Assembly (NCBI GenBank): GCA_035285125.1
Contig: JAYKHR010000155.1
Span: forward strand, 1-64,000
Origin: Candidatus Sericytochromatia bacterium
Lineage (GTDB): Bacteria; Cyanobacteriota; Sericytochromatia; S15B-MN24; JAQBPE01
Direction: 5' to 3'
DNA length: 64,000 nucleotides
Shown: piece by piece, positions 1-8,279 of the stretch
Numbering within the stretch: position 1 is the stretch's first letter
How the letters are laid out: each line of letters begins with the position of its first letter
Program-made: the position numbers and the translations under genes
Notes under the pieces: generated by a model
The model's database searches: none
The model's input: only the letters and a program-made list of their open reading frames with translations
Told to the model about the DNA's origin: nothing

Positions 1-78
1 TTCACCCAACTGCCGATGGAGTTCGCCGTCGAGGCGACCAAGCTGCTCGGCTTGAAACTGGAGAACAGCGTAGGCTGA
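1..78 (+). CDS. sufB: Fe-S cluster assembly protein SufB, C-terminal end (partial)
   Basis: Frame 1 reads [25 protein letters not shown], the typical SufB C-terminus; directly upstream of sufC. Confidence 0.9.
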   Translation, partial: FTQLPMEFAVEATKLLGLKLENSVG

Positions 79-80
79 TC

Positions 81-869
81 ATGCGACGCGACAACGCCCC
101 CATCCTCCTCGAAATTGAAGACCTCCACGCCTCCGTGGACGGCACGCCCATCTTGAAGGGCGTCAACTTGGTCGTGCGCGCCGGTGAGGTGCACGCGATC
201 ATGGGGCCCAACGGTTCCGGCAAGAGCACGCTCTCCAAGGTGCTCGCCGGACACCCGGCTTACGAAGTCACGGGGGGACGCGTCCGCTTCAAGGGCGAGG
301 ACCTGCTCGCGCTGGAGCCTGAGGAACGTGCGAGGGCAGGCGTGTTCCTGGCCTTCCAGTACCCCATCGAGGTCCCGGGTGTCAGCAACGCCGCCTTCCT
401 CCGCCAGGCCTTCAACACGATGGCCGTGGCGCGCGGGCGCGACGAGTTGGACCCCATCGAGTTCGACGACTACATCCGCGAGCGCATCAAGGTGGTGGAA
501 CTCGACCCCGCGTTCCTTGACCGCAGCGTGAACGAAGGCTTCTCGGGCGGCGAAAAGAAGCGCAACGAGATCGTGCAGATGGCCGTCCTCGAGCCTGCGC
601 TGGCCATTCTGGACGAGACGGACTCCGGCCTCGACATCGACGCTCTGAAGGTCGTGGCGGCTGGCGTCAACCAGCTGTCCGGCCCCGACAACGCCGTCGT
701 GATGGTGACGCACTACCAGCGGCTGCTGACCTACATCGTGCCCGACTTCGTCCACGTCATGGCCGCTGGGCGCCTCAGCCTCACGGGGGGCAAGGAACTC
801 GCACTGGAGCTCGAGTCTCGCGGCTACGACTGGGTGCGCGACGAGGCCTCCACGTCGGGGGCGCGCTGA
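81..869 (+). CDS. sufC: Fe-S cluster assembly ABC ATPase SufC
   Basis: Walker [49 protein letters not shown]. Confidence 0.97.
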   Translation: MRRDNAPILLEIEDLHASVDGTPILKGVNLVVRAGEVHAIMGPNGSGKSTLSKVLAGHPAYEVTGGRVRFKGEDLLALEPEERARAGVFLAFQYPIEVPGVSNAAFLRQAFNTMAVARGRDELDPIEFDDYIRERIKVVELDPAFLDRSVNEGFSGGEKKRNEIVQMAVLEPALAILDETDSGLDIDALKVVAAGVNQLSGPDNAVVMVTHYQRLLTYIVPDFVHVMAAGRLSLTGGKELALELESRGYDWVRDEASTSGAR

Positions 870-872
870 GCC

Positions 873-2186
873 ATGACCACCCTGGCTGCAGGCCAAGCAG
901 GCTGGCGCGAGCTGCTCGAGGGAGCCCTGCCCTCGCCCGACGCCACCCCCCTCGGCACCCTCCGCGGAGAGGCCGAGGACGCCTTCGCGCGCCTTGCGCT
1001 CCCCACGGGACGCGACGAGGCCTGGCGCTTCACCTCCCTCGGCCCGCTGCTGACGGGGCGGTACCAGGTCGGCGGCACCCCGGGTGGCACGCTGTTGCCA
1101 CAGATCTCCCGGTTCCTGTTGCCGGAAGCCGAGGGCGGGCGCATCACCTTCATCGACGGGCTTTTCGCGCCAGAGCTGAGCAGCCTCGACGGCCTGCCGC
1201 CCGGCGTCGAGCTGCGCCCCCTCTCAGAGGCAGGGGCTCCGAGGCCCCCGCAGCTCGGCGCGATCGTTCGGCACGACGAGAGTGCCTTCACGGCGTGCGC
1301 CGCCCGCCTCGCCGAGGACGGGGGCTACCTCCACGTCGCGGCTGGCGTGGCCCTCGAGCAGCCCCTGCAGGTGCTGTTCGTGTCGTCGGGGGCTGGCCCG
1401 GCCAGGGCCGTGGCACCGCGCTTGCACGTGACGCTGGGCCCCGGTGCCAGGGCGACCCTCGTCCAGATGTTCGTCGCGGCTGCCGAGGAGGCGAGTGGGT
1501 TCATCAACGCGATCACGGAGCTTGACGTGGCAGAGGGCGCGAGGCTGACGCACGTTCGCGTGCAGAGCGAAAGCCGACGGGCCGTGCATCTCGAGTCGCT
1601 CGGCGCGAAGGTGGGTCGCGACGCCACGTATGCCCTGGGCAGCGTGACGCTCGGCGCCCGGCTGTCTCGCCTGGATGCGCGGGTCGAAGGCACAGGCACC
1701 GGCATGGACGCCACCCTCGACGGGCTGGCGCTGCTGGCGGGTGATCAGGTTGCCGACACGCACTCAGCGCTGGTTCACGCCCAGCCGAACGGCCGCAGCC
1801 GGCAAGCCCAGCGTATGATCCTGGATGGGCAGTCCCACGCCATCTTCTCTGGCTTGATCAAGGTCGCCACCGGAGCCGTGCAGACCGACTCGGCGCAATC
1901 CTCCCGGGGGCTGCTGCTCTCAGACAGAGCCCGCATCGACACCAAGCCCGAGCTGGCCATCCAGGCGGATGATGTGAAGTGCGCCCACGGGGCTGCCATC
2001 GGCCAACTGGACCCCGAGCAGGTCTTTTATTTGCGGGCCCGTGGCCTGGCTCCCGCAGCGGCCGAGGCGCTGCTGACCTACGCCTTCGCGGCCGAGGCCC
2101 TCGCCACCGTGCCCGTGCCAAGCCTCAGACGTCAACTGCAGGCCGTGCTGCTCGGCCGCACAGCCCCCAGGACGGAGGCGCGATGA
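873..2186 (+). CDS. sufD: Fe-S cluster assembly protein SufD
   Basis: EAWRFT near N-terminus; C-terminal KPELAIQADDVKCAHGAAIGQLD..FYLRARG; operon position. Confidence 0.93.
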   Translation: MTTLAAGQAGWRELLEGALPSPDATPLGTLRGEAEDAFARLALPTGRDEAWRFTSLGPLLTGRYQVGGTPGGTLLPQISRFLLPEAEGGRITFIDGLFAPELSSLDGLPPGVELRPLSEAGAPRPPQLGAIVRHDESAFTACAARLAEDGGYLHVAAGVALEQPLQVLFVSSGAGPARAVAPRLHVTLGPGARATLVQMFVAAAEEASGFINAITELDVAEGARLTHVRVQSESRRAVHLESLGAKVGRDATYALGSVTLGARLSRLDARVEGTGTGMDATLDGLALLAGDQVADTHSALVHAQPNGRSRQAQRMILDGQSHAIFSGLIKVATGAVQTDSAQSSRGLLLSDRARIDTKPELAIQADDVKCAHGAAIGQLDPEQVFYLRARGLAPAAAEALLTYAFAAEALATVPVPSLRRQLQAVLLGRTAPRTEAR

Positions 2187-3433
2187 GCCTGACTGGCAGC
2201 CCTGAGCTGCGGCCGGCCCTCGACCCGGCTGCGCTGAGGAACGACTTCCCCATTCTCTCCAGGCGGCTCGGCGACAAGCCTCTGGTTTACCTGGACAATG
2301 CCGCCAGCACGCAGCTGCCCCAGCCCGTGTTGGACCGGCTGATCCATTACCACACGCACGAGCATGCCAACGTCCACCGGGGCGTTCACACATTGAGCCA
2401 GGAGGCGACGCAGGCCTACGAGGGTGCCCGCGAGCGGGTGCGCAACTTCCTGAACGCCGCAGAGGCCGCGGAGATCATCTTCACGCGCGGCACCACGGAG
2501 GCCATCAACCTCGTCGCCAACAGCTTCGGGGCTGCCTTCGTCAGGGAAGGCGACGAGATCCTGGTTTCGGCGCTGGAGCACCACGCGAACCTCGTCCCCT
2601 GGCAGATGTTGTGCCAGCGCACGGGCGCACGCCTGGTGGTGGCGCCCATCAACGACGCCGGAGAGCTGATAGAGGCCGAATTCCTCGCGCGCCTGGGGCC
2701 TCGGACCCGCCTGGTGGCCATCACCCATGTCTCCAACGCGCTCGGCACCATCTTGCCCGTCAAGGCGCTCGTGGCAGCGGCCCACGCCCAGGGGGTGCCT
2801 GTCCTCGTCGACGGCGCGCAGGCCGTGCTGCACCAGCCGGTGGACGTGCGAGACCTGGACGCGGACTTCTACGCCTTCTCCGGCCACAAGCTCTGCGCCC
2901 CCACCGGGATCGGCGTGCTGTACGGCAAGCGGTCCTGGCTTGACCGGATGCCCCCCTGGCAGGGCGGCGGAGACATGATCCGCGTCGTCACCTACGAGGA
3001 GGCGACCTACAACGACCTGCCCTACAAGTTCGAGGCAGGCACACCGCCCATCGCCGCGGCGGTGGGGCTCGGGGCTGCCATCGACTACCTCCAGGCGATC
3101 GGGATCGACCGGATCGCGGCCCACGAGCAGCGCCTGCTTACGCGCGCCACCGCCTTGCTGGCAGACCTTCCTGGCGTGCGCCTGATCGGCACAGCCGCCC
3201 ACAAGGCCGCCGTGATTTCCTTCGAGGTCGCCGGGGTGCACCCGCACGATGTGGGCAGCATCCTCGACTCGGAGGGGATCGCCATCCGGGCCGGCCACCA
3301 CTGCGCCCAGCCCCTGATGGCGCGCCTCGGCGTGCCCGCGACGGCCCGGGCCTCATTCACCTTCTACAACACGCTGGAGGAGTGCGAGGCGCTGGCTCGC
3401 GGGCTGCGCACGGTGCAGGAGATCTTCGGCTGA
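2183..3433 (+). CDS. sufS: Cysteine desulfurase SufS
   Basis: YLDNAAST, NVHRGVH, FSGHK (PLP lysine), RAGHHCA (catalytic Cys); ATG 2183 overlaps sufD stop (ATGA) after GGAGG. Confidence 0.96.
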   Translation: MSLTGSPELRPALDPAALRNDFPILSRRLGDKPLVYLDNAASTQLPQPVLDRLIHYHTHEHANVHRGVHTLSQEATQAYEGARERVRNFLNAAEAAEIIFTRGTTEAINLVANSFGAAFVREGDEILVSALEHHANLVPWQMLCQRTGARLVVAPINDAGELIEAEFLARLGPRTRLVAITHVSNALGTILPVKALVAAAHAQGVPVLVDGAQAVLHQPVDVRDLDADFYAFSGHKLCAPTGIGVLYGKRSWLDRMPPWQGGGDMIRVVTYEEATYNDLPYKFEAGTPPIAAAVGLGAAIDYLQAIGIDRIAAHEQRLLTRATALLADLPGVRLIGTAAHKAAVISFEVAGVHPHDVGSILDSEGIAIRAGHHCAQPLMARLGVPATARASFTFYNTLEECEALARGLRTVQEIFG

Positions 3434-3948
3434 TGGATACCCGGGCCGCGCTCTACAACCAGCTCATCCTCGAGCACAACAAGAAGCCGCGCAACTATGG
3501 CAAGCTGGAGACCCCGACCCACCAGAGCGAGGGCCTGAACCCCCTCTGTGGCGACCACATCTGGCTGACGGCCGAGGTGGCTGAAGGCGTTGTCGCCCGG
3601 ATCGGCTTCGAGGGCCAGAGCTGCGCCATCTGCCAGGCTTCCGCCTCCATCATGACGACGCAGGTGAAGGGCAAGCCCCTTGCCGACGTCGAAGGCCTCA
3701 TCCATGACTTCCGCCACGTCGTGACGGGACAACCAGACGCGGTCTCGCCCGAGAACCGCGACAACCGCTACTTCGGTGCCTTTGCCGGCATCGCCACGCT
3801 GCCCGCGCGCGTCAAGTGTGCCGTGCTACCCTGGCACACCCTCCACGCCGCCCTGCACGGCGAGGCAGCAAGCTCCACCGAAGGGTCCGCCGACCCGATC
3901 CCCGGCTCCGGGCTCGCTCAAAGCAGCCCAGGAACCTCACCCCCCTGA
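3433..3948 (+). CDS. sufU: SufU (IscU-like) sulfur-transfer/scaffold protein
   Basis: NPLCGD, GQSCAICQAS, ARVKCA motifs; TGATG coupling to sufS. Confidence 0.92.
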   Translation: MDTRAALYNQLILEHNKKPRNYGKLETPTHQSEGLNPLCGDHIWLTAEVAEGVVARIGFEGQSCAICQASASIMTTQVKGKPLADVEGLIHDFRHVVTGQPDAVSPENRDNRYFGAFAGIATLPARVKCAVLPWHTLHAALHGEAASSTEGSADPIPGSGLAQSSPGTSPP

Positions 3949-3953
3949 AGCCT

Positions 3954-4514
3954 ATGCCAAAGATCGCCGACATCGAGCCCACCCCGAACCCCAACGCCAA
4001 GCGCTTCGTGCTGCGAGAGCCGCTCACGCTCGGCGTTGCCAGGTCCTATGACGATGCCACGGCCGCGGCGCCGGACCCCCTGGCCAGGGAGCTGTTCAGC
4101 GTGCCTCACGTGACGCAGGTATACTACACAGATCGCTACCTGACGGTGGTGCAGGATGGCCGAGCCACCTGGCCCGAACTGGAGCGGGCGCTGGCCGTGC
4201 CCATCCGCGCGGCGGATGCCGAGGCGCTGCAGCGGGCCTTTGCGACGCCCGCCCCGCGAGAGGCTGCAATCGACCTGTCGCCGGAGGACGCTGCGCGCCT
4301 CGCCAACATCAACGCCCTGCTGGACGAACGTGTTCGCCCTGCCCTGATGATGGACGGCGGCGGCCTCGAGGTCGTGGGGCTCGCGGGCAAGCAGCTCAAG
4401 ATCCACTACCAGGGAGCCTGCGGCACATGCCCGAGCGCCATCACGGGTACCATGGCCGGCATCGAGGCCATGCTGCAGACCATCGAGCCTGGGCTCGAGG
4501 TCGTGGCAGTCTGA
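3954..4514 (+). CDS. Nfu/NifU-family Fe-S carrier (NifU-N scaffold domain + NifU-C CxxC domain)
   Basis: EPTPNPNAKRF N-terminus; VRPALMMDGG..YQGACGTCPS C-terminal domain. Confidence 0.9.
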   Translation: MPKIADIEPTPNPNAKRFVLREPLTLGVARSYDDATAAAPDPLARELFSVPHVTQVYYTDRYLTVVQDGRATWPELERALAVPIRAADAEALQRAFATPAPREAAIDLSPEDAARLANINALLDERVRPALMMDGGGLEVVGLAGKQLKIHYQGACGTCPSAITGTMAGIEAMLQTIEPGLEVVAV

Positions 4515-4525
4515 GGCGCCAACCG

Positions 4526-5941
4526 GTGCACGACTTCGATCTGCTGGTCGTCGGTCACGAGACTGAGGGCTGCCTCGCCGCCATCGCTGCGGCACGCGCC
4601 GGGGCGCACGTGGCGCTGCTGGCTCCTCCGGGCGCCACGCTCGGTGGCCTGCTGACGGAGGACGGGCTGTCCTTCGTGGACCGCGATGCCCGCCACCTCA
4701 CGCCGCCCGAGGCCTCCCCGGGGGATGGCCTGTTCGGTCAGTTCCTGGCGCGGGCCTCTGTCCCGCTCGTGTCGCTGCCTGCCGAGCGCGGCGCAGCAGC
4801 GCTCCGGGAAATGCTGACCGAAGCGCGCGTCACCGTGGTCGAGGCGGCGTGGCAGGGCCTCCGGCGGGAGGGCCCATGGCTCAGGGCCGTCTCGACCGGG
4901 GCCGGCGAACTGGCGGCTCGCCACGTCATCGATGCCACGCCCGACGCCGACCTCGCCGAGGCCGCCGGGATGGCCTTCACGGACGGCTTCACGGCCTACG
5001 GGCTGAGCAAGCGCCTGGGCATCAGCCCGCTGCCCATCGTGCACGGGGTCTCCCCGACGACGATCATGGCGACGTGCCGGCAGCTGGCAGCAGACCCCGC
5101 CATGCAGGCCCTTCAGGCACGCACCTTCGGGGCGCGTGCCTTCCTGGACCTGGAACAGGGCGACGATTACTTGCTCGTGGGCCCTCCCCACCTCGGCCTG
5201 GCCTACCAGCGGTGGCGCGAGGCTCAGGGCCTGCCCGAGGGCCCCTACCGGTTCGAGGCAGACGGCTTCAACGTCGCCATCGTGGGCCCCACCTCCACGT
5301 CCTGGAACGGCCTGATCTACTTCAGTGAGGACGCCGACACGCTTCTCAGGCTCTCCAGGGCTGGTGCCGACGACCACTTCCGAGAAGAGGCCCGGCGCTT
5401 CGAGCGCTTCGTGCGGGAGGCCTTGGGCTGGCACGATGCGAGCGTCGAGTTGCCCTGGGGCGTGTACGTGCGGCAGACCCGCCACGCGCTCGACGTGCGG
5501 AAGCAGCTGACGCTGGCGGGGCTTGCCACCGGCGACCCCGCTCGAAGCGTGGGAACGTTCTGCTACTACCCGGACTTCCGAGGGTTTCGGGCTGTTCACG
5601 TGCCGGGCCCCCTGACGGCCCAGGTGTGCCTCGATGCCGGGCTGGCCGCGGGGGTGCGGAACCTGGGCATCGCCAGCCGGGCCGCGGGCTACACCCCCTT
5701 CGCGCACTCGGTGTGTCGCCTCGTGCAGTACAACGCCACGCTCGGCGCCGGCCTCGGGGTCGCAGCGGCCATGGCCGGAGGGGATCTCGGCGAGGTCGAC
5801 GTGGCCGAGATCCGAGCGGAACTGAGCCGCCACGGCTTCCTGGCCGCAGATCCGGCCGGGTTCGAGCGCAACGAGGTGATCGCTCGAGCCATGGAGACGG
5901 ATGAGATCCTGGCGCTGGAGTCAAGCTGCCTGACGGCCTGA
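4526..5941 (+). CDS. FAD-dependent oxidoreductase (FAD_oxidored-like)
   Basis: N-terminal FDLLVVGHETEGCLAAIAAARAGA..LGGLLT, IDATPDADLA..AG, YVRQTRH; GTG start chosen 11 nt after nfu stop. Confidence 0.75.
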   Translation: MHDFDLLVVGHETEGCLAAIAAARAGAHVALLAPPGATLGGLLTEDGLSFVDRDARHLTPPEASPGDGLFGQFLARASVPLVSLPAERGAAALREMLTEARVTVVEAAWQGLRREGPWLRAVSTGAGELAARHVIDATPDADLAEAAGMAFTDGFTAYGLSKRLGISPLPIVHGVSPTTIMATCRQLAADPAMQALQARTFGARAFLDLEQGDDYLLVGPPHLGLAYQRWREAQGLPEGPYRFEADGFNVAIVGPTSTSWNGLIYFSEDADTLLRLSRAGADDHFREEARRFERFVREALGWHDASVELPWGVYVRQTRHALDVRKQLTLAGLATGDPARSVGTFCYYPDFRGFRAVHVPGPLTAQVCLDAGLAAGVRNLGIASRAAGYTPFAHSVCRLVQYNATLGAGLGVAAAMAGGDLGEVDVAEIRAELSRHGFLAADPAGFERNEVIARAMETDEILALESSCLTA

Positions 5942-6073
5942 GCGCGGGCCGGCCCGCCGGCACGCTCAGTTACTTAGGCCTAACTTAACGTTCATTCAAC
6001 TGATTCTTATCCGGCTTGCCGTGTCCCCTTGCGATAACTCCCTCGTGTTCGAGGCAAGACGAGGAGATCCGCG

Positions 6074-6364
6074 ATGGCCACCCACATCCACCAGTTCACC
6101 AACAACCTGATGAAGCGGTACGACCGCAACCGCGACGGTTGGATCAACATGACCAGCATGCCTGCATTCGGCGTGTACCCCGAGGTCACGGGACGGGCGG
6201 CGGACTTCTTCCAGCGGTCCTCCCCGATCGGCCAATTCGTCACGCACGAGGCGCTTGTGGCGCAGGCGGTGGCGGCCCAGGTGGACACCAACCGGGACGG
6301 CCAGGTGTCGGTCGTCGAGGGCCTCGTGGCCTGGATGAAGTTCGGCATCAACGGCATGTTCTGA
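6074..6364 (+). CDS. Small EF-hand-like (DxNxDG) protein
   Basis: Two loops DRNRDGWIN and DTNRDGQVSVVE; GAGGAG RBS; GC3-rich codons; followed by terminator. Confidence 0.75.
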   Translation: MATHIHQFTNNLMKRYDRNRDGWINMTSMPAFGVYPEVTGRAADFFQRSSPIGQFVTHEALVAQAVAAQVDTNRDGQVSVVEGLVAWMKFGINGMF

Positions 6365-6380
6365 GCCTTCCCCGGCCCGG

Positions 6381-6420
6381 CGGCCCTCCGACCCTGCGTC
6401 GGGGGGCCGTCTTCTTGTCT
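6381..6420 (+). terminator. Rho-independent terminator
   Basis: CGGCCCTCCGAC-cctgc-GTCGGGGGGCCG stem (one G-U) then TCTTCTTGTCT. Confidence 0.7.
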
Positions 6421-6528
6421 TGGTCGCCTGCAAGAGAACCTAAAATCAGGTAAAATTAGCCCGAACGCCGGCCCTTGGAGCCGGCCCAGGCACATCTTGC
6501 GCGGCACCCGCCGCTCTGACGAGAAAGA

Positions 6529-7434
6529 ATGGCCATGCGTACCTTCAAGCTCCTACTGGCCGTCTGCACGGCTTGGGCCCTGACGGCCCTCCCCGGCGTG
6601 CAGGCCGACGCGCATCCCGCACACGGCGCGCACCACGCCGCTGGTCACGCAAAGAAGGGCCACGCGGCCCCCAAGGCTGGCGGCGACGACTGCTGCAAGC
6701 CCGCCGCCAAGCCCGCACCCAAGGCCGGCGGCGACGACTGCTGCAAGCCTGCCGCCAAGCCCGCTCCCAAGGCCGGTGGCGACGACTGCTGCAAGCCTGC
6801 CGCCAAGGCTGGTGGCGACGACTGTTGCAAGCCTGCCGCCAAGGCCGGCGACGCCTGCAAGGACAAGGCCGCCTGCGGTGGCGCCTGCAAGGACAAGGCC
6901 GCCTGTGGCGACGCCTGCAAGGACAAGGCCGCCTGTGCCCCCAAGCGCCGCTCCTCCTGGGGCATGAAGGGCCACGGCCCCCGCGCCGTAGCCGTCTCCT
7001 ACCTCCCGGCCGTCGGCCTCAGCACGCAGCAGCACGTGCTGGTCTCCACGACGGTGACCGCCCCCATCAACCGCAACTTCTCGCTGGGCCGCCAGATGAA
7101 CATGGCGCTGCAGGTCCCCGTCAACACGGCCAACGGCCCCTGGCTGTCGACCTACGGCGGCGTCCTGCCCCGCCTGTCGACGGAGGTGGGTCCCCTGAAC
7201 CTCCAGGTCGGTGCCCTGCTGGGTGGCGGCGCGATGTTCCGGACGGTCTCGACGACCACCCCCGGCAACCTGGTTCAGGCCAACCTGTTCTGGGCCGTCC
7301 ATCCTCAGGTGAAGCTGGCCGCTGCCAAGGACGACCTGTCGGGGATCACGCTGGGCTACCTGCTGACCTCGCAGCAGGCCGAGCTCAGTGGCCCCACCAT
7401 CGGCTTCCAGTGGAGCTACAAGCACGGCCGCTGA
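6529..7434 (+). CDS. Exported protein: His-rich segment, Cys-rich tandem repeats and C-terminal beta-rich (possible outer-membrane barrel) domain
   Basis: Signal peptide (..ALPGVQADA), HPAHGAHHAAGH, 4x KAGGDDCCKPAA, 3x ACKDKAAC, alternating beta-strand pattern ending GFQWSYKHGR. Confidence 0.75.
   Translation: MAMRTFKLLLAVCTAWALTALPGVQADAHPAHGAHHAAGHAKKGHAAPKAGGDDCCKPAAKPAPKAGGDDCCKPAAKPAPKAGGDDCCKPAAKAGGDDCCKPAAKAGDACKDKAACGGACKDKAACGDACKDKAACAPKRRSSWGMKGHGPRAVAVSYLPAVGLSTQQHVLVSTTVTAPINRNFSLGRQMNMALQVPVNTANGPWLSTYGGVLPRLSTEVGPLNLQVGALLGGGAMFRTVSTTTPGNLVQANLFWAVHPQVKLAAAKDDLSGITLGYLLTSQQAELSGPTIGFQWSYKHGR
6670..6936 (+). repeat. Intragenic tandem repeats (48/36-bp units x4, then 30-bp units x3)
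   Basis: Units aaggcYggYggcgacgactgYtgcaagccYgccgcc and gcctgcaaggacaaggccgcctgY; unit lengths are multiples of 3 and differ mainly at third codon positions. Confidence 0.9.
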
Positions 7435-7457
7435 GCCCCGCCTCAGCCCCGCCACTG

Positions 7458-7492
7458 AACGCCGCCAGGTCTTCCTGGCGGCGTTTACCTTT
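7458..7492 (+). terminator. Rho-independent terminator
   Basis: Perfect 12-bp stem AACGCCGCCAGG-tctt-CCTGGCGGCGTT followed by TACCTTT. Confidence 0.7.
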
Positions 7493-7503
7493 GGCCAGCC
7501 GCG

Positions 7504-7532
7504 TTGACCCCCGGCCACGCCGGGGCTATGCT
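7504..7532 (+). promoter_or_regulatory. Sigma70-type promoter
   Basis: TTGACC-N17-TATGCT, 12 nt before ATG 7545. Confidence 0.65.
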
Positions 7533-7544
7533 GAACGCGCCCCG

Positions 7545-8087
7545 ATGATGCCGACGTTCAGAGTTTTCACGTTCCTGGCGGTGCTGCCGCTTGCGGCAGG
7601 CCCCTCGCTTGCGGCTCAAGGTCCCCAGGCCACCTGCCGGAGCGGGGAATTCTCCTGCACCCTGCCCGCTCCGTGGCAGGTGCGCGCCCTCCCCTCGATG
7701 GGCAAAGCCCCCAGGCTGCTGCGGCGCTGGGAATTCTCGCGCCCCATCGGCGGCAGCGAGGCGCGGATCTCGGTGGAGCTCGATCGCACGGAGCCCCTGG
7801 GCAAGTACCCGGTGCGACAGGGGCGCGAGACGGCGGCCCGATTGGCCGCAGCCTTCAGCTACGAGGGCTACGGCTGGGGTGACCTTCGCGTGAAGGACGC
7901 CCCCGGCTTCTACGAGAGCTGGACGGCCCAGCTCCCCGGCAAGCCGCGTTTCCAGGTCTGGGCCGCCCATGTGTTCAGGCGCGGGGCCCGCGTCCGGGTC
8001 GGCGCCGTCGGCGACCTCGGCCCTGCGGCCACGATCGCGCAGCGCGACGCCCGCAGCCTGCTTGGCTCTTGGACCTGGGCGCCCTGA
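7545..8087 (+). CDS. Hypothetical secreted protein
   Basis: MMPTFRVFTFLAVLPLAAGPSLA signal peptide; own promoter; FSCTLPAPW motif reminiscent of PsbP/DcrB-like folds (weak). Confidence 0.6.
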   Translation: MMPTFRVFTFLAVLPLAAGPSLAAQGPQATCRSGEFSCTLPAPWQVRALPSMGKAPRLLRRWEFSRPIGGSEARISVELDRTEPLGKYPVRQGRETAARLAAAFSYEGYGWGDLRVKDAPGFYESWTAQLPGKPRFQVWAAHVFRRGARVRVGAVGDLGPAATIAQRDARSLLGSWTWAP

Positions 8088-8279
8088 CGCCCGACCTCCA
8101 GCACAGAGCCCGCAACCGGCCTGTGCTCGCACCTTCGTTTCGCGGAGACGCAGGCGGAAACGAGGTTCCAGCCACAAAAGCGGCCTGATGGCCGTGGAAT
8201 GGAGCTCCCGGCCCTGTTAAAACCGGGGCGTGGGCCCGCTCAGGGAGAGCTGGGGCCCCTAGCCACACAGGAGCATGCC

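Noticed and set aside
867..875. sufC and sufD in the same frame separated by one TGA
   Set aside because: Both are complete known proteins with ATG right after the stop; no reason to invoke readthrough
6670..6936. Direct repeats resembling a CRISPR array
   Set aside because: No unique spacers; units are in-frame multiples of 3 with synonymous variation; no cas genes
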